A stretch of 64,000 bases of DNA, from assembly GCF_964355755.1 (NCBI RefSeq), contig NC_092672.1, positions 26,232,437 to 26,296,436 on the forward strand. Reading direction: 5' to 3'. This DNA comes from Antedon mediterranea (lineage: Eukaryota; Animalia; Echinodermata). Positions 13,801-28,800 of this stretch are shown here, piece after piece. Both the position numbers and the translations under genes were made by a program. The first letter of the stretch is position 1. Every line of letters starts with the position of its first letter. The notes below the pieces were generated by a model that saw nothing but the letters and a program-made list of their open reading frames with translations, had not been told where the DNA came from and did not search any database.

Positions 13801-16800
13801 TAATGACCTTACAACCCTTAATTATCAACAACCAAGCCTCATATTCTCCAGTACTTTAATTGCATCTTTTTCGTGTCTGCTTCTTGGTAAAATTTGCAGT
13901 GAATGTCAAAAATCATATATTGCCGTAGCAATTCACACAATATACAGCATATATTTTAAAAAGAAGTCCAATCTTCAGTTTGTAAAATTAATCTCGAAAT
14001 AATCTCGGAAGGAAGCCCATCTTGAAAAGAAGCTCACCCAAAGAGCCCTTACAAAAGTGAAAATCCCATGGGCTAATTCTTGGGGTTTTACGGTATTTTA
14101 TAGTTAAATGTTGTATTTAGGGGAGCACCCACGCATGTGAGGGGTTTAGGTATTATTCATTGAGGTAGCGATTAGCAGAATCCATGCCTACTTATCTTAC
14201 GATTACTTGTTTCCCCAGACAATGTCACACTTACTATTTCTCAAAAGCACATTTCCCCACATTTACCCCAGAGTTGTACTTGATATATTCATCAGCTGTT
14301 ATATCTTATATCGGACAACTTGTCACAATTTATCAGCATTACATTTAATCAAAGCTATCTGTGGCTAATACTTCTAACTTGTGTTTAGAAATGATTCCCA
14401 TTGATTTAGGTCGTTTAGTGATTAAAAGATGAGTTAGCACTTGTTGTTGTGGTTGATTTAGATTTTTTAGATTTCGATGACGTCATATGTCTGAATATCG
14501 GTTTCCATAACCTGAAAAAATGTCTGCGGCTGGCTAATATTAATTTATTTCAATTTTCATTATATGCACATTTAATGTTTGTATCTACCTCTGAAATATG
14601 TATGTATTCTTGGTTTGAAAGTAATTCACGTATAATTGTATATTTATAAGCAAATGTTTAGGTATTCATAACGTTTAAATTAAATACATAACTAGACTGT
14701 TTGAAGTGAACCTTATTATTATATTGATGTATCGTTTTGTTTGTATAGATTCCTAATTGTTAGTGTGTGTATGGGTCTTGTCAATTGTCAGAATTGTGTA
14801 GGATTATAAGTCCTAAATACAATTGCAAAAAATATTAAATTCATAAAATTAAAATTAAGTTAATAATTGATTTTCTGTTGCTCCTAAATTGTGTGTTTAA
14901 CATAACGAATCTAACGATCGCGAAAATATCTTGTGTGTACTGTCTCAAAAGGTCATTTCACGTTATTCCAGACACTTACTTCCCGTGTAAAAACGCACCA
15001 TTTAGGGAAACACCGCCAATCAGCACTTGTTTAGTTATTAGCTACAAATTGCGTAGACCTAGTAGTTAGAGAATGCCTATATCAGTTAGTCCTGTCGGAT
15101 ACACTACACTGCAGTAATTTTATTTTCTGGTACAGGTGTAGGACTATTGATACCACTTTTACGACTAGCAGAGTGGTCTAGTTAATCTATAATAGTTGGT
15201 TTTCGTTGTCTTTTTTATCAACATAAGCGTAGCTGAAACATAGTCAAATAATGTGTATTTATTAGAAAAATGCAGTTTCTTTTTAAATTGTCCTTCAGAT
15301 TACAGCAAAAATCAGTTATGAAACTGTCAGAGATTGACCGCAACGCCATTCTTCCGTAAATTAGTTTCGACCCAGTGAACCCTAAACTATTCACAGAACG
15401 AACCTGTTAACAGATTTGATTTCTTTTACCATGGAGCTTAGGCAACACAACAACATTTTCAACGCAAGGTAAACGCATTTGTAAGCCGTATTCATTGCTG
15501 GTTAATTCTGTCTAATCATAAAAGGAAGTTATCATCTGTCCTTTTAATGATTATTGGCAGGGGCATTGATGTCTATTGTGAAGGCTCAATAGTCAAACCC
15601 ACGTTAAAACTCTAGCAATTATATTCAGTACTATCATTTTATCAAATTTGTATAGGCGAAAATCCATACTACTTGTCAAATTCCCACTTGGACGCTACGT
15701 AAGGACGAGAGCGGCACGAAACTGAATTTACCAATCACAAGCGACGAATAATCCATCACTTTTGGTAAATTCACAAATAAGATGCTGTATTTAAACAAAT
15801 TATCCTATTCTATGATACTAGGCAAATATTATGTAGTATGTGGAGATACATAGTTACACAAACATACATCTCTGGGAACCATCTTAGCAGAGAAGAAAGT
15901 TGTGTCTGTATAAAATCACATTCACTTTTTAAATAATGACTTGTTCTTATCTAATTTTTGTCTATTTAGTATTGGCCTGCAGTTATTTCTATTCATCTTA
16001 ATTACACTGGGTGTATTATCGTGTATTCTAGTAATATTATTATACCTACTTTTACTTTAAATTCAGATTGGAAATTATGCTTATTGATTGATACCTAATA
16101 TAATTGGAAGTTATACCCTGTACTTATTACTGGCTTCATTTCATATAGGCCTAAAAAGTTAGATTAAGTGGAGGAACCTAAGGGAAAGAACAAATTGTAA
16201 TTAATAGGCTTCTAAAAACTCAAACTCTAAACAAAAAATAAAATAAACTTCATAAGTTTAAAATGTTGTCTAAGCTCTAAGATGGCTTAGTCATCCAAGA
16301 GAATGGATGATAGCAGAGCAGAAAGAAGATGTTGTAACTGGTGGCAAAAAACCATGATATGAAGCACCCGCGACAAATGCCTTACCTGGCTGAAGGAAGG
16401 AATGTTTTCGATGATGAACACTTACTATTTTTATATAGCCATATTTATTACAATTTCCATCAACTCTCTCCATCTGTCACCACTAAACGAACATTGTCTG
16501 TTTTAACGTATTACATCAAGTCAGTACAATAACCCTCATATTTTACATTAATGACAAAACAGAAGGCGTAATCCAGTTTATTTTGTATAATTGAAACAAT
16601 TTGGAGAACAGCACGAACCTGAAGGGAGTTCATGCAGCGAATAATAACTCAAAAGTACCGCAAATTGCTCCTAGTTATATATTAATAGCCTTTGATATAA
16701 CATCCAGTGTTCGTTTAAAATTAGGTATTTAAGAAATAGATGATCAAGAGGATATCAACGTCTTCTGTAGTTCTAGTTCCATGATGATTGGAATATTTGT

Positions 16801-19800
16801 TAAAATCATTACTATATCCAAACGCTATTTTTTGTTTATTTTTGCTGGACTAATTATGGAATGTGTAGATATATCTGGTATATGGGCAACCATTCCATTC
16901 AGGCTTCAAGAATCTTTTTTTAAACTTATTGCCGTTGATTGCCGAATATGTGAAATCCCGAGGTAGAAAGAAAGTTATGACTTATATACGATTGTAAACG
17001 ATCTGACATCGCTTGCCACCAGAATGACCGCAAGTTGGAGACGTAATGAACGACTCAATCGTAAATTAATATTTGTAAACCGTCTCCTGGTGTTTTTATA
17101 TAGTTTTGCCATACCCAGATGTTTAAGGAGCATATCATCTTTTCATTTTCAAAGTTACTATTCAAAAGATAACTATTCCCCTGAAAAAAAATGCAAACCT
17201 AAATTTTAATTTCAAAAAAAAGGTTTCATTAAAACGTCGACATTTTTTATTTATTAATTAAACTACAAAATGACAGTGTACTTCTATTATTCTTTATTTT
17301 TTCGCTTTTTGAAAAACAATACATTATTTAAACAGAAAACGTTGAATCGTTATTTTTCATGCATTCTTGAAAATGCCGGGAATGTAATAGAACAACTCTG
17401 TGAAATATGTTATTAAATTACGATGAAACAAACTAGGCCATTGTTTTGATAGTAGGCTTTATAATGTTGACAAGCGAAAGCCGATAAATACAATCCAACA
17501 AATTAAAATGATTTACATACAAATTGTACGCGTGCTATAGTACCGATTTAGATAACATTTGTATCTTGTACCACGTTGTCAATAGCATTTTAGATCAATC
17601 ACGTGACAAAATACGTATTATACTGGTAAAAGTACATGAGATAATAATACTCATGAGACGACCATATTTGGCAAAAAAAACATAAAAAAAAACCCAATTT
17701 TGAACATAGAATCGTGACAAAAGCAAGAGTGACAAAAACAAACGTCAGGGCGCCGTTATCCGCGTTTCCCAACAATTATAATCTCTCTATAATCATACAA
17801 TATAGGCATTATTTTTAATGTTAGGCTAAGTTTTTAAAATGTACTGTCTTTAAAAATGCCATATACTGTGTGGCCTACACGCGAATGCATGCATTTCAAT
17901 TGAAACACCAGGAGAACCCCTAACACTTTATTATACTAAAATTATAATTAAATGATAAACAACATTTTATATTGAACATGTAAATAACAAACGTGTTCAC
18001 TCTCAGTACTGTGAGTGATGATCTCTAGATGAACCCGGAATATTTTAGGTCAGTAAAATTTTCGGTAACGTATTAATTATGTATTTATAGTCTGTCAAGT
18101 TCAAGGTGATGGTCTCCGACGAGCTTTCATGGCAATTAAGGAGAGGGTCAATCAAAGTGTGTTGGGGCCTACATTCGTATTATAGTTATCTCCAAATTGT
18201 ACTTAGGCCTACCGTGTTGTAATCGGGATTGGAAGGATTATCAATCTATCGTATTTATGACATTCGTCTTACAGGATTATGGACATGTAGGTCATTTCCT
18301 CGCAAATACGCGTTTGAGATCGATATATTGTCCTATGCATCATATCATGGTCCAATGAGGACTTCTCTTTTAATTAAGTGAAAAGGGCGGACATTCTTAA
18401 ATCGAATTGAATACAGCCATTAGAGACGCAACACAAGATTTGACCAATCACAAGCGATGGTTATTCGCGCAGCTGTCGCTTGTCATTGTCAAAAATACGC
18501 TTGTGTTGCGTTCACGTCCTTGCGTTGCGTCCTAGTAGGAACAAAGCATTAAGCCGCCTACGCCGAACGTCTATGCCTAAAGTACATTATTGTCTTTTCA
18601 TCATTTTCAATTAATAAAATGTATACGAAATATAAAATAGCATTTCGTTATTGAAAGTTACAGCTGATATTGTATGGTTTGTGGTACAACGTGTAATTCC
18701 TTAAAAGGAAGTGGCAGGTAAAATAATTGTGTGTCTCGAGTATTTTCGAGTATACCAAAACGTCATAACAATTACATGGTATTCCGCAAACCTGACTTTA
18801 CTGACGTTTCTTCGTCATGCGAACAATTATACTGATGACAACGTGTCATGATGGCATCTTTATAAGAGCAGACTTTAGTCTAGACGGTGCGATGATTCGG
18901 TATATAGGTAGGTACAACGTTGGCACAAATAGCGTGTCATACACTTTAACTGAAATCAAGATTCAGACAAAACATGCTTGGTTCTCGTATATGAATTACT
19001 AAGAACATGATGAAAAGGCAATAGCGAGTGGCAAGTAAAACAAGTAGGCCTACTGTACCCTCCAAGAACAAACCCAACAACTTCCGCTCTAGGTGAACAC
19101 TTATTTGTGCGTTCAGATTAGTTTTAAATTGATCAGTTCAACATTTTAGTTATTAATTAATCCTGTCTTGTATTTTTGTATTTGTTGATATTGTTTATAT
19201 GACAATTTAAAAAAAGGCAATTAAACAATCAAAACTTTACATTTTAAGTCTCTACCCAGGCAAAATACATCTGTGGGTGAACCACACTTATAGGTTTGGT
19301 TAACATCAGAACGTCCTTATCCACTTCCCGTCCGTGTGATAAAAAAAGGCCAATAATGTAAATAATTAGTACAAGAAGTTTCGGAAATCCGATCAGAAGT
19401 TATGTCTCGGACAATAGGTTTAAATGCAAAAACACCGATTATTTCAAGAAATTAATTATATATTTGGTCATTGTTTTATGTAAAGTAGTTAAACCTCGTT
19501 GTGGTGTACAACTATAAATCTACGCTAATTTAGAAACGCAAAATCACATCTATATTTCCTATTTCTATGATGCATGAACGATGACCAGACCAGGAGATGG
19601 ACTCACGGCATCTGATTCACTCTGTGTGCATTCGAGTTATTTATTACGTAAAGTTTGCTTCATCTTAGGTCCAATTAAGTTGAAATTTAAAACTATCTCA
19701 TTTGTATAATCCTGGGTAGGCCCTATTAAGTACGTCATATAAGGTCAAATTGTCGAGAACTTATGATTTAGTGAATTTGAGAAGGATGTGTACATTAAAA

Positions 19801-22800
19801 GTTGCTCGCATTGCGGCTTCTACTATCATTCCAATATTAAAATACTTTTGAATAGTTTTAAAGTTCATTAATTTACAACTTTCCTTCAAATCGAATGTTG
19901 AAATCTAGGCCAATAATACATACGGCGCTCGGAATTTGACCGCGTATTAGCCGTAGAAAACGGCGCACACTCGCATGTTGGTTCTCAAATGCACAGTTGC
20001 CAGTCTCTGAACGTGCAATGTACCGAAATCGTGAGGATAGATCCAAATAATTCACTGCACGTGCTACATAACCAACCAATTAATTGGCAAATAAATACTA
20101 AAATAAATGTAATGCCCTACCTGCTGGTGCTTGTATGATGTACGGTATAATTCCACCAGGCCAAAGTCTGTCTGGATTCAACGTTGCCTTCCTCGTACTT
20201 CTGTGCTTCACTACCAGAGACTCATTCTTAGATATGTCATCTTGTAGGCCTACCTCCTAAATGAATAATTATATTGCATATTTGATTAATATTAAGTACA
20301 AGGTCTACTCCTTCACGGAAAATCTAAATGAAGCCCGTAGAGTCACAGAGTAAAATGTCATAGTAGATCCCGTACAACTCATTATCACACCGTTCAGTTT
20401 GGTTGTCTATGGTTGGTTTTGAGAGTTATTGAAATTAATATTGTTACCTCTAAATAGAAACCACTTTGTTTTTAGTATCAATACAATTTGTTGCCTAGAT
20501 TAAATATAAAAATTAGACGTATAGCATACAATTACCATTGTTGTACAACATTGTAGTATTCACGTACCGACCGTTATGTACCTTGTGAATGTCTAAACTG
20601 GTGTATAAATAAATTATTGATGTCTAGTTACGAGGTCATTGTATAATGTGTTAATTGCCCCACGCCTACAATTCAATTATTAAATAGTTATAGTCGAATA
20701 ATGCAATTATTTCCATCCAATTATTTGACATACATCCAGGGTTGAATAATTCACGACGTGCTTGACACGTTGGTAATTTTATATAGGCCTAAATACTTAT
20801 AATACTATGCATACTGGTACAGTACTGTTTATGTACAATAGCAAATGAACTGTAGCCCGACCTATTCCGCACAGTCTTCTACACACCCCCACGTATAACT
20901 ACTGTCAATTAGTACGGTACTTCTTAATTAAAAAATAAGGTATAATATAGAATAAGTATTAAATCAGTCATACATGTTCACCCTTGTGCTGTGTCTCTAC
21001 ATACGACAAGTTTCAATACCCTGTATGACTACTCGGTAATACCATGTGTATCACACGGGGTGTCTTTATCATTATAAGGTTAGGTTAAGAGAAGGTTGTG
21101 GTCTATTATACTAAGCAATATATGTGAAATGCATGTGATACTGTATTACCGAATATTCCTATGATACTGGAGAAATCTAGATATATAATTGTATGTAGGC
21201 CTATACACCTTTCACAATTACATATTTCAAAATGTCAATATGAATTTATGAATGAAAATAAATGTTACATAGTGGCTTGATTGGCGGGATAAATAAATAT
21301 ATTTATTTTTACTAATATTAAGACAAAACTCCATCTGGAGCCCAGACTACCTGATTTCATGCTCTACGACAGGAATAACATGTTCCTACCGTTCAGTAAT
21401 AAATTGAATACAAATTTATTGAATAGATTATAGTACTAAAGTACTAATATTAATTGATAGATCTAATTCTATTTCTTAAACCCTCGAAATACACTTATGA
21501 TTGACAGAATTCTACTTTCCTCTAATGACGTCACGCTGCGCATCTACTTTGTAAGTATGATACTTCCACTGCGATTTTCACTTTCAAATTTTTGTCGAAT
21601 TACTTTTAATTTATCCCCGGAATTTCCGTGAAACTGTGCATGTAGGGCTAGATTACAGGAAGACTGTCCTACGATATGGCCTTCAGTTGATTAAGTGGAC
21701 AGCAAACATATATTTTTTTTGTAATGCAGTAGGCCTAATTAATCAAGATCTTCTATTTCTTGTCCATAGCTCTGATATGTCATATATATATGTTTGTGTT
21801 TCATATTATTTTCTGTCTTTGTAAAATTTGAGTAATTGCACACTTAAGCCATGATTGAGTAATATTTTGACAATTCGTGAATTCGCATAGAAAATGAAGT
21901 AAGAAATGATAAGATATTAAATAATGTATCACCATTTAATTTGCTTGAAGTTATAATACAAACAAACCATCATATGTTGGGCTTAACTTGTCAAATTAAT
22001 TTGTGAAATTGATTAATTTTAAAGTTATACTTGTCAATGTCATGTGTTTCTAAACAATGAAATAATAAAGTAAAGTTGAGAATGTATCAGTCACGTGTTT
22101 GAAAACACATGGTGTGCTGTGCCTTGCTTTGCTAAGTGTTATCCGCCATGCATGCAAACCTGTAAACATCACTTCACTTATATCAAAGTGATGATGTTAT
22201 GTGAGAGAATACTGCTGCTGTTTTAAGTAACGGTTTGTATGTATATTCAACTTTACGAATGTTTTTACAACGCTAGACTAATGGAAGAAAAGTTGCTTTT
22301 GAATGTAATTCACTTCTTTATAATAAACTCACTAACGACGGACGTGATATTTAGAAGTTTCTACCAGATGTGGAAACACGCAAATTGAATTACTCAATAA
22401 AAATTCATATCCAACCTAATGCACTGGTAAGGTACAAAATAAACAATGATAGGCAATGTTTTACATTCTAATTGTGTAAAAAAAAATGATTTAACCATAC
22501 TTTATACATTATATGCCTGTTGTTTTTCCCATTTCCAAAAAAGGAGAAACACAACACAACAAAATCTTTTTTACAATAAGTATAATGTAGTTGAGGTGAT
22601 GGTTTTCGATTGTACGACGATAAGAATAAACTATTTTGCATCTGGGAAATTGAATTGAACATTGCATCACAGGTGTACAAATTGAAATTGGCAACGATAT
22701 TTGGATTTTATGGTTTTATGCTTATCTTTGAACTTCTGTGTTTCTTTATATATTTGATCCTTCATCAATTTTCTGTGTCTGTGAATTACATGTACAACAT

Positions 22801-25800
22801 TTTTAAAATGCGTTTTTTTTTTAAATATTCTTGTATTATTTTGTTGACATAATATATTTCGTTATGCATTATCAATGGATTTTGTCTGATTTGCCAATAA
22901 ACTTGTAAATCGTTCCAGCATTAGGGCCTATATTAGCTGAAGAATTAGGCCGATAAATGACATGTCAAAAATATGAAATATGATACATAAAAAAAAATGA
23001 TATCGAAGAAACCCTGTGTGTGGCGGTAAGGGCATGCAGCTATCAACATTGTTAGAACGGGTGTAGATATTGAAATATAAAAATAGACAGCTATATCAAC
23101 ACCGGCTGTAGTGTTTAATAGATTGTATCTTTTGATAATATTGTTTGCATGCAACAGACCAGAGGACCATACTAATATATTCTTTATTTGAAGGAATGAA
23201 AGAAAAATGGAAAAACATTGGAAACTGGCATACAAAATACTAAACAGAAGAAGACATTAATTAAATTATTAAAAAGTGTATGCACATTACGCCTAATATG
23301 GTATAATTTCAAATATGAAATAGATTATTGGTACGGTATCGTGAATAAATCACGAATTATTTAAACTTAGAAATACAATAAAATCAGATCTCTGCAACTA
23401 TATACCCACTTATTTATTATTACCACAGATTATAGTTTTTTACGTATAATGTGAGGAAGGGAGCTTATGCAATTTTCTATTAGATATTTGATCGAGATAT
23501 AAATATAGGCCTACCAAGCTTATAGCTAAGAAAAATATTAGTCATTACTGAATGTACATACAAATTATTTTCCATTTGTGTTGAAACCTTAAACAATTTG
23601 AATAATGGTCTTGCAGTTAGTGTGGGATGAGGAAATACACGGCGAAAAAAAAGTAATTGACTTCCTATGGTGATTTTTTTTAAATTCAAAATCATAGTTT
23701 TAAGATTGGTGCCCACTTAAACACATCGCAATGACGTAGGCCTACGGCAAGTGAGTTGACCAATCAGAAGCGGCAGTTCGGATGATCCAGGGCATCCTGA
23801 ATTGTCTCCTTATTACTTGCGGCGCGCTTAGGTCATTAAGTTGCGTCAAGTGGGGGCCAAGCTTGAATGATCAGTGCTAAACTTCTGTAATATTTCAGTC
23901 AGTGTTTCTTGTTTTCTTGTTTACTGTATTTTGACAGGAAACGCTACATTTCATGTAGAAGTATAACTCAATGCGTTATATAGTTGGCACACATTACCAT
24001 GCTATTTAATGCAGTCTCGTATCTTGAGCCAGGTCTACATTAGGCCTAAATACGAGAAGTAGGTCGATAAATGTACATTATTCACCACATGATTTCGACT
24101 TTCAAAAGGTGTTTTTATTCAATTCTTAAAGCCTGCATAAAATACTTTGCTTGACATTAATACATTTTTACCCAATTTGTTCTCCTTATTTGACAGATTA
24201 GCAGCTGTGAGCAATCGCGTTAAAATGTACGATTATTTTGCATTATTCTTTGTTAGTAAAATTGAGTTAAAATAGTCCAATATCCTTGGAACTATTATTA
24301 GTTGCTTGGATCAAGTCATGTGACAAGTACCCATGACCTTACAAAAAAAAAAGGATCATACACTATTTGGATTAATTTGTATATTAGTTATCTATTTAAA
24401 TTCAAATATTAATCCTAATTCATTTAAATAACTGTTAGTGGTGTGTAAATTTATAATCGATAGTGGTTAATTTAGTGAATGATTATTTTGTATTATTCGT
24501 TGATGGTTTAAACGATTGGATAGAAATCAATTAATATCCTGGAAAAAAAAGTATAATGCAAGGTAACACGACGCAGGCCTCCTTATAATTCACACAAAGA
24601 GAGTCATGTACCTAAATACTAAATTGTAATGCAATAATGTGTACATTTAACACAGTGCTCTTGGGGTTTTTAAAAATATTATAGAACATTTGGGATATGT
24701 GCTGCGTCATATACGAAAGTCTATAAAATGATTTTATTTGCAGTGCTTACTAATTGTAACATCCCTAAGAGGAAACTCTTGGAGGTTTGGTTGGATTTGA
24801 TGCTGTCAAACGTATTCATTGACGTTGCAGTTGTATTATTTTGTTGTATTAATATCCGAATCAATAGTCGCAATTTAAAGGTTCCATAAAAACGTAAATA
24901 TGCAAATAATATTGAAATAGCAAATTACAATCTATCCTTAATAACACCCTATAAAAGATCATTTAGGTGTTTTTATTTTTAATCACTGAAAATACCAATT
25001 TTTTTAGGTACGATAATCTAACGTGAAAATACACGTAATATGGATAGAACATTTCTGAAATTATGTTCGTTTTGTTTGTTCACACGTAAAGCATAATAAG
25101 GCTGGCGTAACATACGCCTGACGTGCGTGTGAACAAGGCAGAGGCGTAGTTGTCATACATCGTGACATGCATTATGGGCATGTTGAATCTGTGAATCAAT
25201 AGTCTACATTAATAGAAATAACCAATGCAGAATTGTGCATAACATTGTCTCCTCTCGACTTAATTCCACGGCTTTCATTTCGTTTAGGCTACTCCAGAGA
25301 ACATTGATTTATGAGTGTATCACATGAATAAGTTACATGCATTTATGTAAATCCAAATGATTTGTAGATAATTTATCAAGAATAAGGCACGTTGGTCATT
25401 ACATTTTGAATACGCATATTATTATATATTATTTGAAATCTATATTTGAAACATGGCACGCTTCTTTTAAAAAAAATGTAAACTAGAATATTAACAAGAA
25501 AGTATGTACAAAAGTAAAATTCGAACTGAAATATCACGATGTCAATTCAGTAGGCATATTAAACAATTATTATTTTATATTATTTAAAAACAATTAAGAT
25601 GTAAGTATTTTGTTGATAAAATAACACCGTGTTATGTAGTTGGCTTACGTACGGTAGATAATAGTTCAGGCCTACATTCCATACAACTTAACTAACCATT
25701 TACTTTATTCAGGGTGATGTATAATTATCAATGAACCATGTAGAGTGTTTACCATTAAATGTCCAGAATAGGAATTGATACTGTGACAAGACATGGCTGA

Positions 25801-28800
25801 TAGAGTTACACAAATATGTTATAGACCTACCTCTATTCCCAAAGGGTCATGCGATCTCTGTTCATCCATTCATAGTTTTTTTAACATGAAAGGAACCGTT
25901 ACCAGCTGTAAGGGTAATTTATTCTATACATGATCTCTACCAAAATATGAAATCCCACAAGGTCACGACAAATACATTTACATGTTATTTGTTCTTTCAT
26001 TCCACGTGATATAGTAGATTTTTTAGGTTTTTTCTTGTATATTGTTATTGATTGATAGTGACAAAAATGAGTAATAAAAGAACGAACGTAGCATACGAGA
26101 GACAGATTTATGAGAATACGCTACATAGCACATTCTATTATTGAATTCATCAGCTATCCCTAGACGTTATTGTATTATGTTATAAATCAAAATAATTTTC
26201 CATCATCATCATAATATGGTGACTTAAGAAAAATAAGTGGGAAAATATTGTTTTTGTTTAAATAAAAGTTGAAGGTAGATTACCAAGTGTTTTTAGAAAG
26301 ACAATCATCAAAAATACTTTGGTGAAATTGAGTGTTTGTTTCATAGGTTAGATAAATTAAATAGCATTAATTTTAAATCTAGCAAAAAAACAAAACCGAA
26401 GGTAAAAGCTGTGTAAAAAACAACAAAACAGTCAAGTTAGTTTTTTTTAAGATTAAAGTTTATTTTAGTAGTGTTTTTTTAAAGGAATGTTTAAATATAT
26501 TAAGTAATATCTGGGTTGTAATACAAATAGTGTTTACAAACCAGATGAATAATTACAAGTAATTTAATTCATGATGAATGATGATCAGTTCTTACCTAGT
26601 ACAATACAATTAATTTGTATTGAAGGAACTACAAATAGGATCTAATTTCAAGTTCAAAGACATCGAATAAAGGCACGTATGATACGCACGATAAACAACG
26701 AAAACCCCAGACATTAAATTGCTGCTGATTTCTACATTTCTTCCTACATACCTTTAACTGACGATAGATAAAACTGACAGACGAAAACCCAGTCACTTGG
26801 GATTCAGCTCTATTGTTTCCTGTATACTATTAACAGTTGAAAACAACTTGCTACAAATAGTACTTCCATATTTAAGAAGCGAGACATAAATTGTCTGAAA
26901 GAATGTGTACTAGACAGATACAACATGGAACTATATAACTCATGGTTTAGATTCTTAATTTTCTCTAATAAGGCATAGACACGTTCGTAACAAATACAAG
27001 GCACAACGAAGACATTTACTATGGTGTTTTGTTTTACGGTCCCCTTATCTACTTTCTAACTACCCAACTATGTATTTATTGTATTAAATTAAATACTGTT
27101 TTTGTAAAATAATTTAGTAACAAACTAACTGCACAGTTTGGCGGATCGGATTTAAGAATGGACCAAACATTTCGGGAAGTACAATTGTATGCGAAGTTAA
27201 TACATTGTGTTAACGGCAGACTTCATTTAAAAATATAGGCATATAGACACTCAAGTACTGTACCCTCAATATTTCAAGGTTCTGCATCCACCATTAAATT
27301 CCCCTCACCACATTTTAAAATTGTTATTGGCTCCTATATTCACAGATAATTGAGTTAATACGCCTACAGATTTTTTTTTTTTTAATTGAGAAAAGACATC
27401 TTTTTTACTACTAGGCCTAAGTGTTATATGGCAAGACAAATACAATGTATATAATATACATTGTATTTGTCTTGCCTTTTCAAAAATACGTCAATGAAAT
27501 TAGCCCTGGTGAAAGAATAGTGCTTTGATTACTTTACATAATTTTTTGCTAATAGTTACGTAATTTCCGAATGATATTCTTCATATTTCTCAACGAAGAT
27601 CAGTCTTATCGTGTTTACAGAGTGCAACGTTGTTGTTTTAAATTACGTTTCGAATTGTGTTTATTTCTGACGGGAATACAACTGCCTCAGTATATAATTA
27701 TGTAATATCGAGTTGTGCTTTTATATATTAACATCCGCAAGCACTGACGTCTTTGATTATGTATTTTACTGTATGCTAATGCTATTTAATAAATGTTAAT
27801 GCTTTCTGGATTAAATTAAAATAATCCTGTCATATTAACTTACTTATATTTGCACTTTTTATTCACGATATTTATTCCCATAATACTGAATGTGTTAATT
27901 TATTATAGTTCAAAATAAACATTAACAAATGTAGTATGAACTTAACGAGTCATTCAGTTGGTATTCATGAGTTCAGTGGAAATGGTCACATGTATGTGAT
28001 AATGACAACATGTACATCTATAATTAGCAATGTTTATATAAAAGTGAAGAAGTCACGACACCAACCACCCTCATTGCCACAATATTCATCAACTAACTAA
28101 CTAATACCGTATTTATTCGAATAATGGCCCCGGTGCGTTTGTTCAGCAGGGTTTTTTAAGGGGGTTATTCAGGACAGGTGTTTATTTTTTGGGTGTAATA
28201 TTGTACCGTAACATGTATAATCAAATAAATTCCCTCGAGATATAAAATAAATACAACACAATTAATATCAAAAAGGGATAAAATACAGTAATATTAAAAT
28301 TGTATCAAAATGGATTCTATACAAATACTGTAGAAATACGTTGTAATACAATATGTATATGGATGTGGCGGGCCATTATTTCGAGGAAATAAATACCGTA
28401 ATACGGTAAACGTACGGGGATTAATTCAAGGGGGTGGGTGTTTATTATTCGGATAAACATGCTATGTATGTTGAATACTATTCTAAAATCATGTATTTAA
28501 ATTTCCATAACAAATCAAAATGTCATGAGCCTATACGGTAAATCCTAAATGAAATGTAAATTAGGCAGCGAAGGACTGATTTCATGTCCTCATTATTATG
28601 GATGCTGATGCTGTTGATACTATTTTTCTATTTAATTATAAAACATTATATTCGAACTTATGTTTTATGTAAAATATTTGTTGAGGAATATTTTGGCTAA
28701 AATCGAAAAAAAAAAACAATATAATATGTCGCGGTAATGTGGTGTAATCCAGATTGTCTGAATGCTATTTTTACCAACCATATAGCCTTTAGGCAGGATC

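Noticed and set aside
21636-27004. Short hydrophobic ORFs in astacin intron 1
   Set aside because: They are F/I/L/Y-rich products of AT-rich DNA with no motifs and no consistent splice phases. A small extra propeptide exon cannot be fully excluded.
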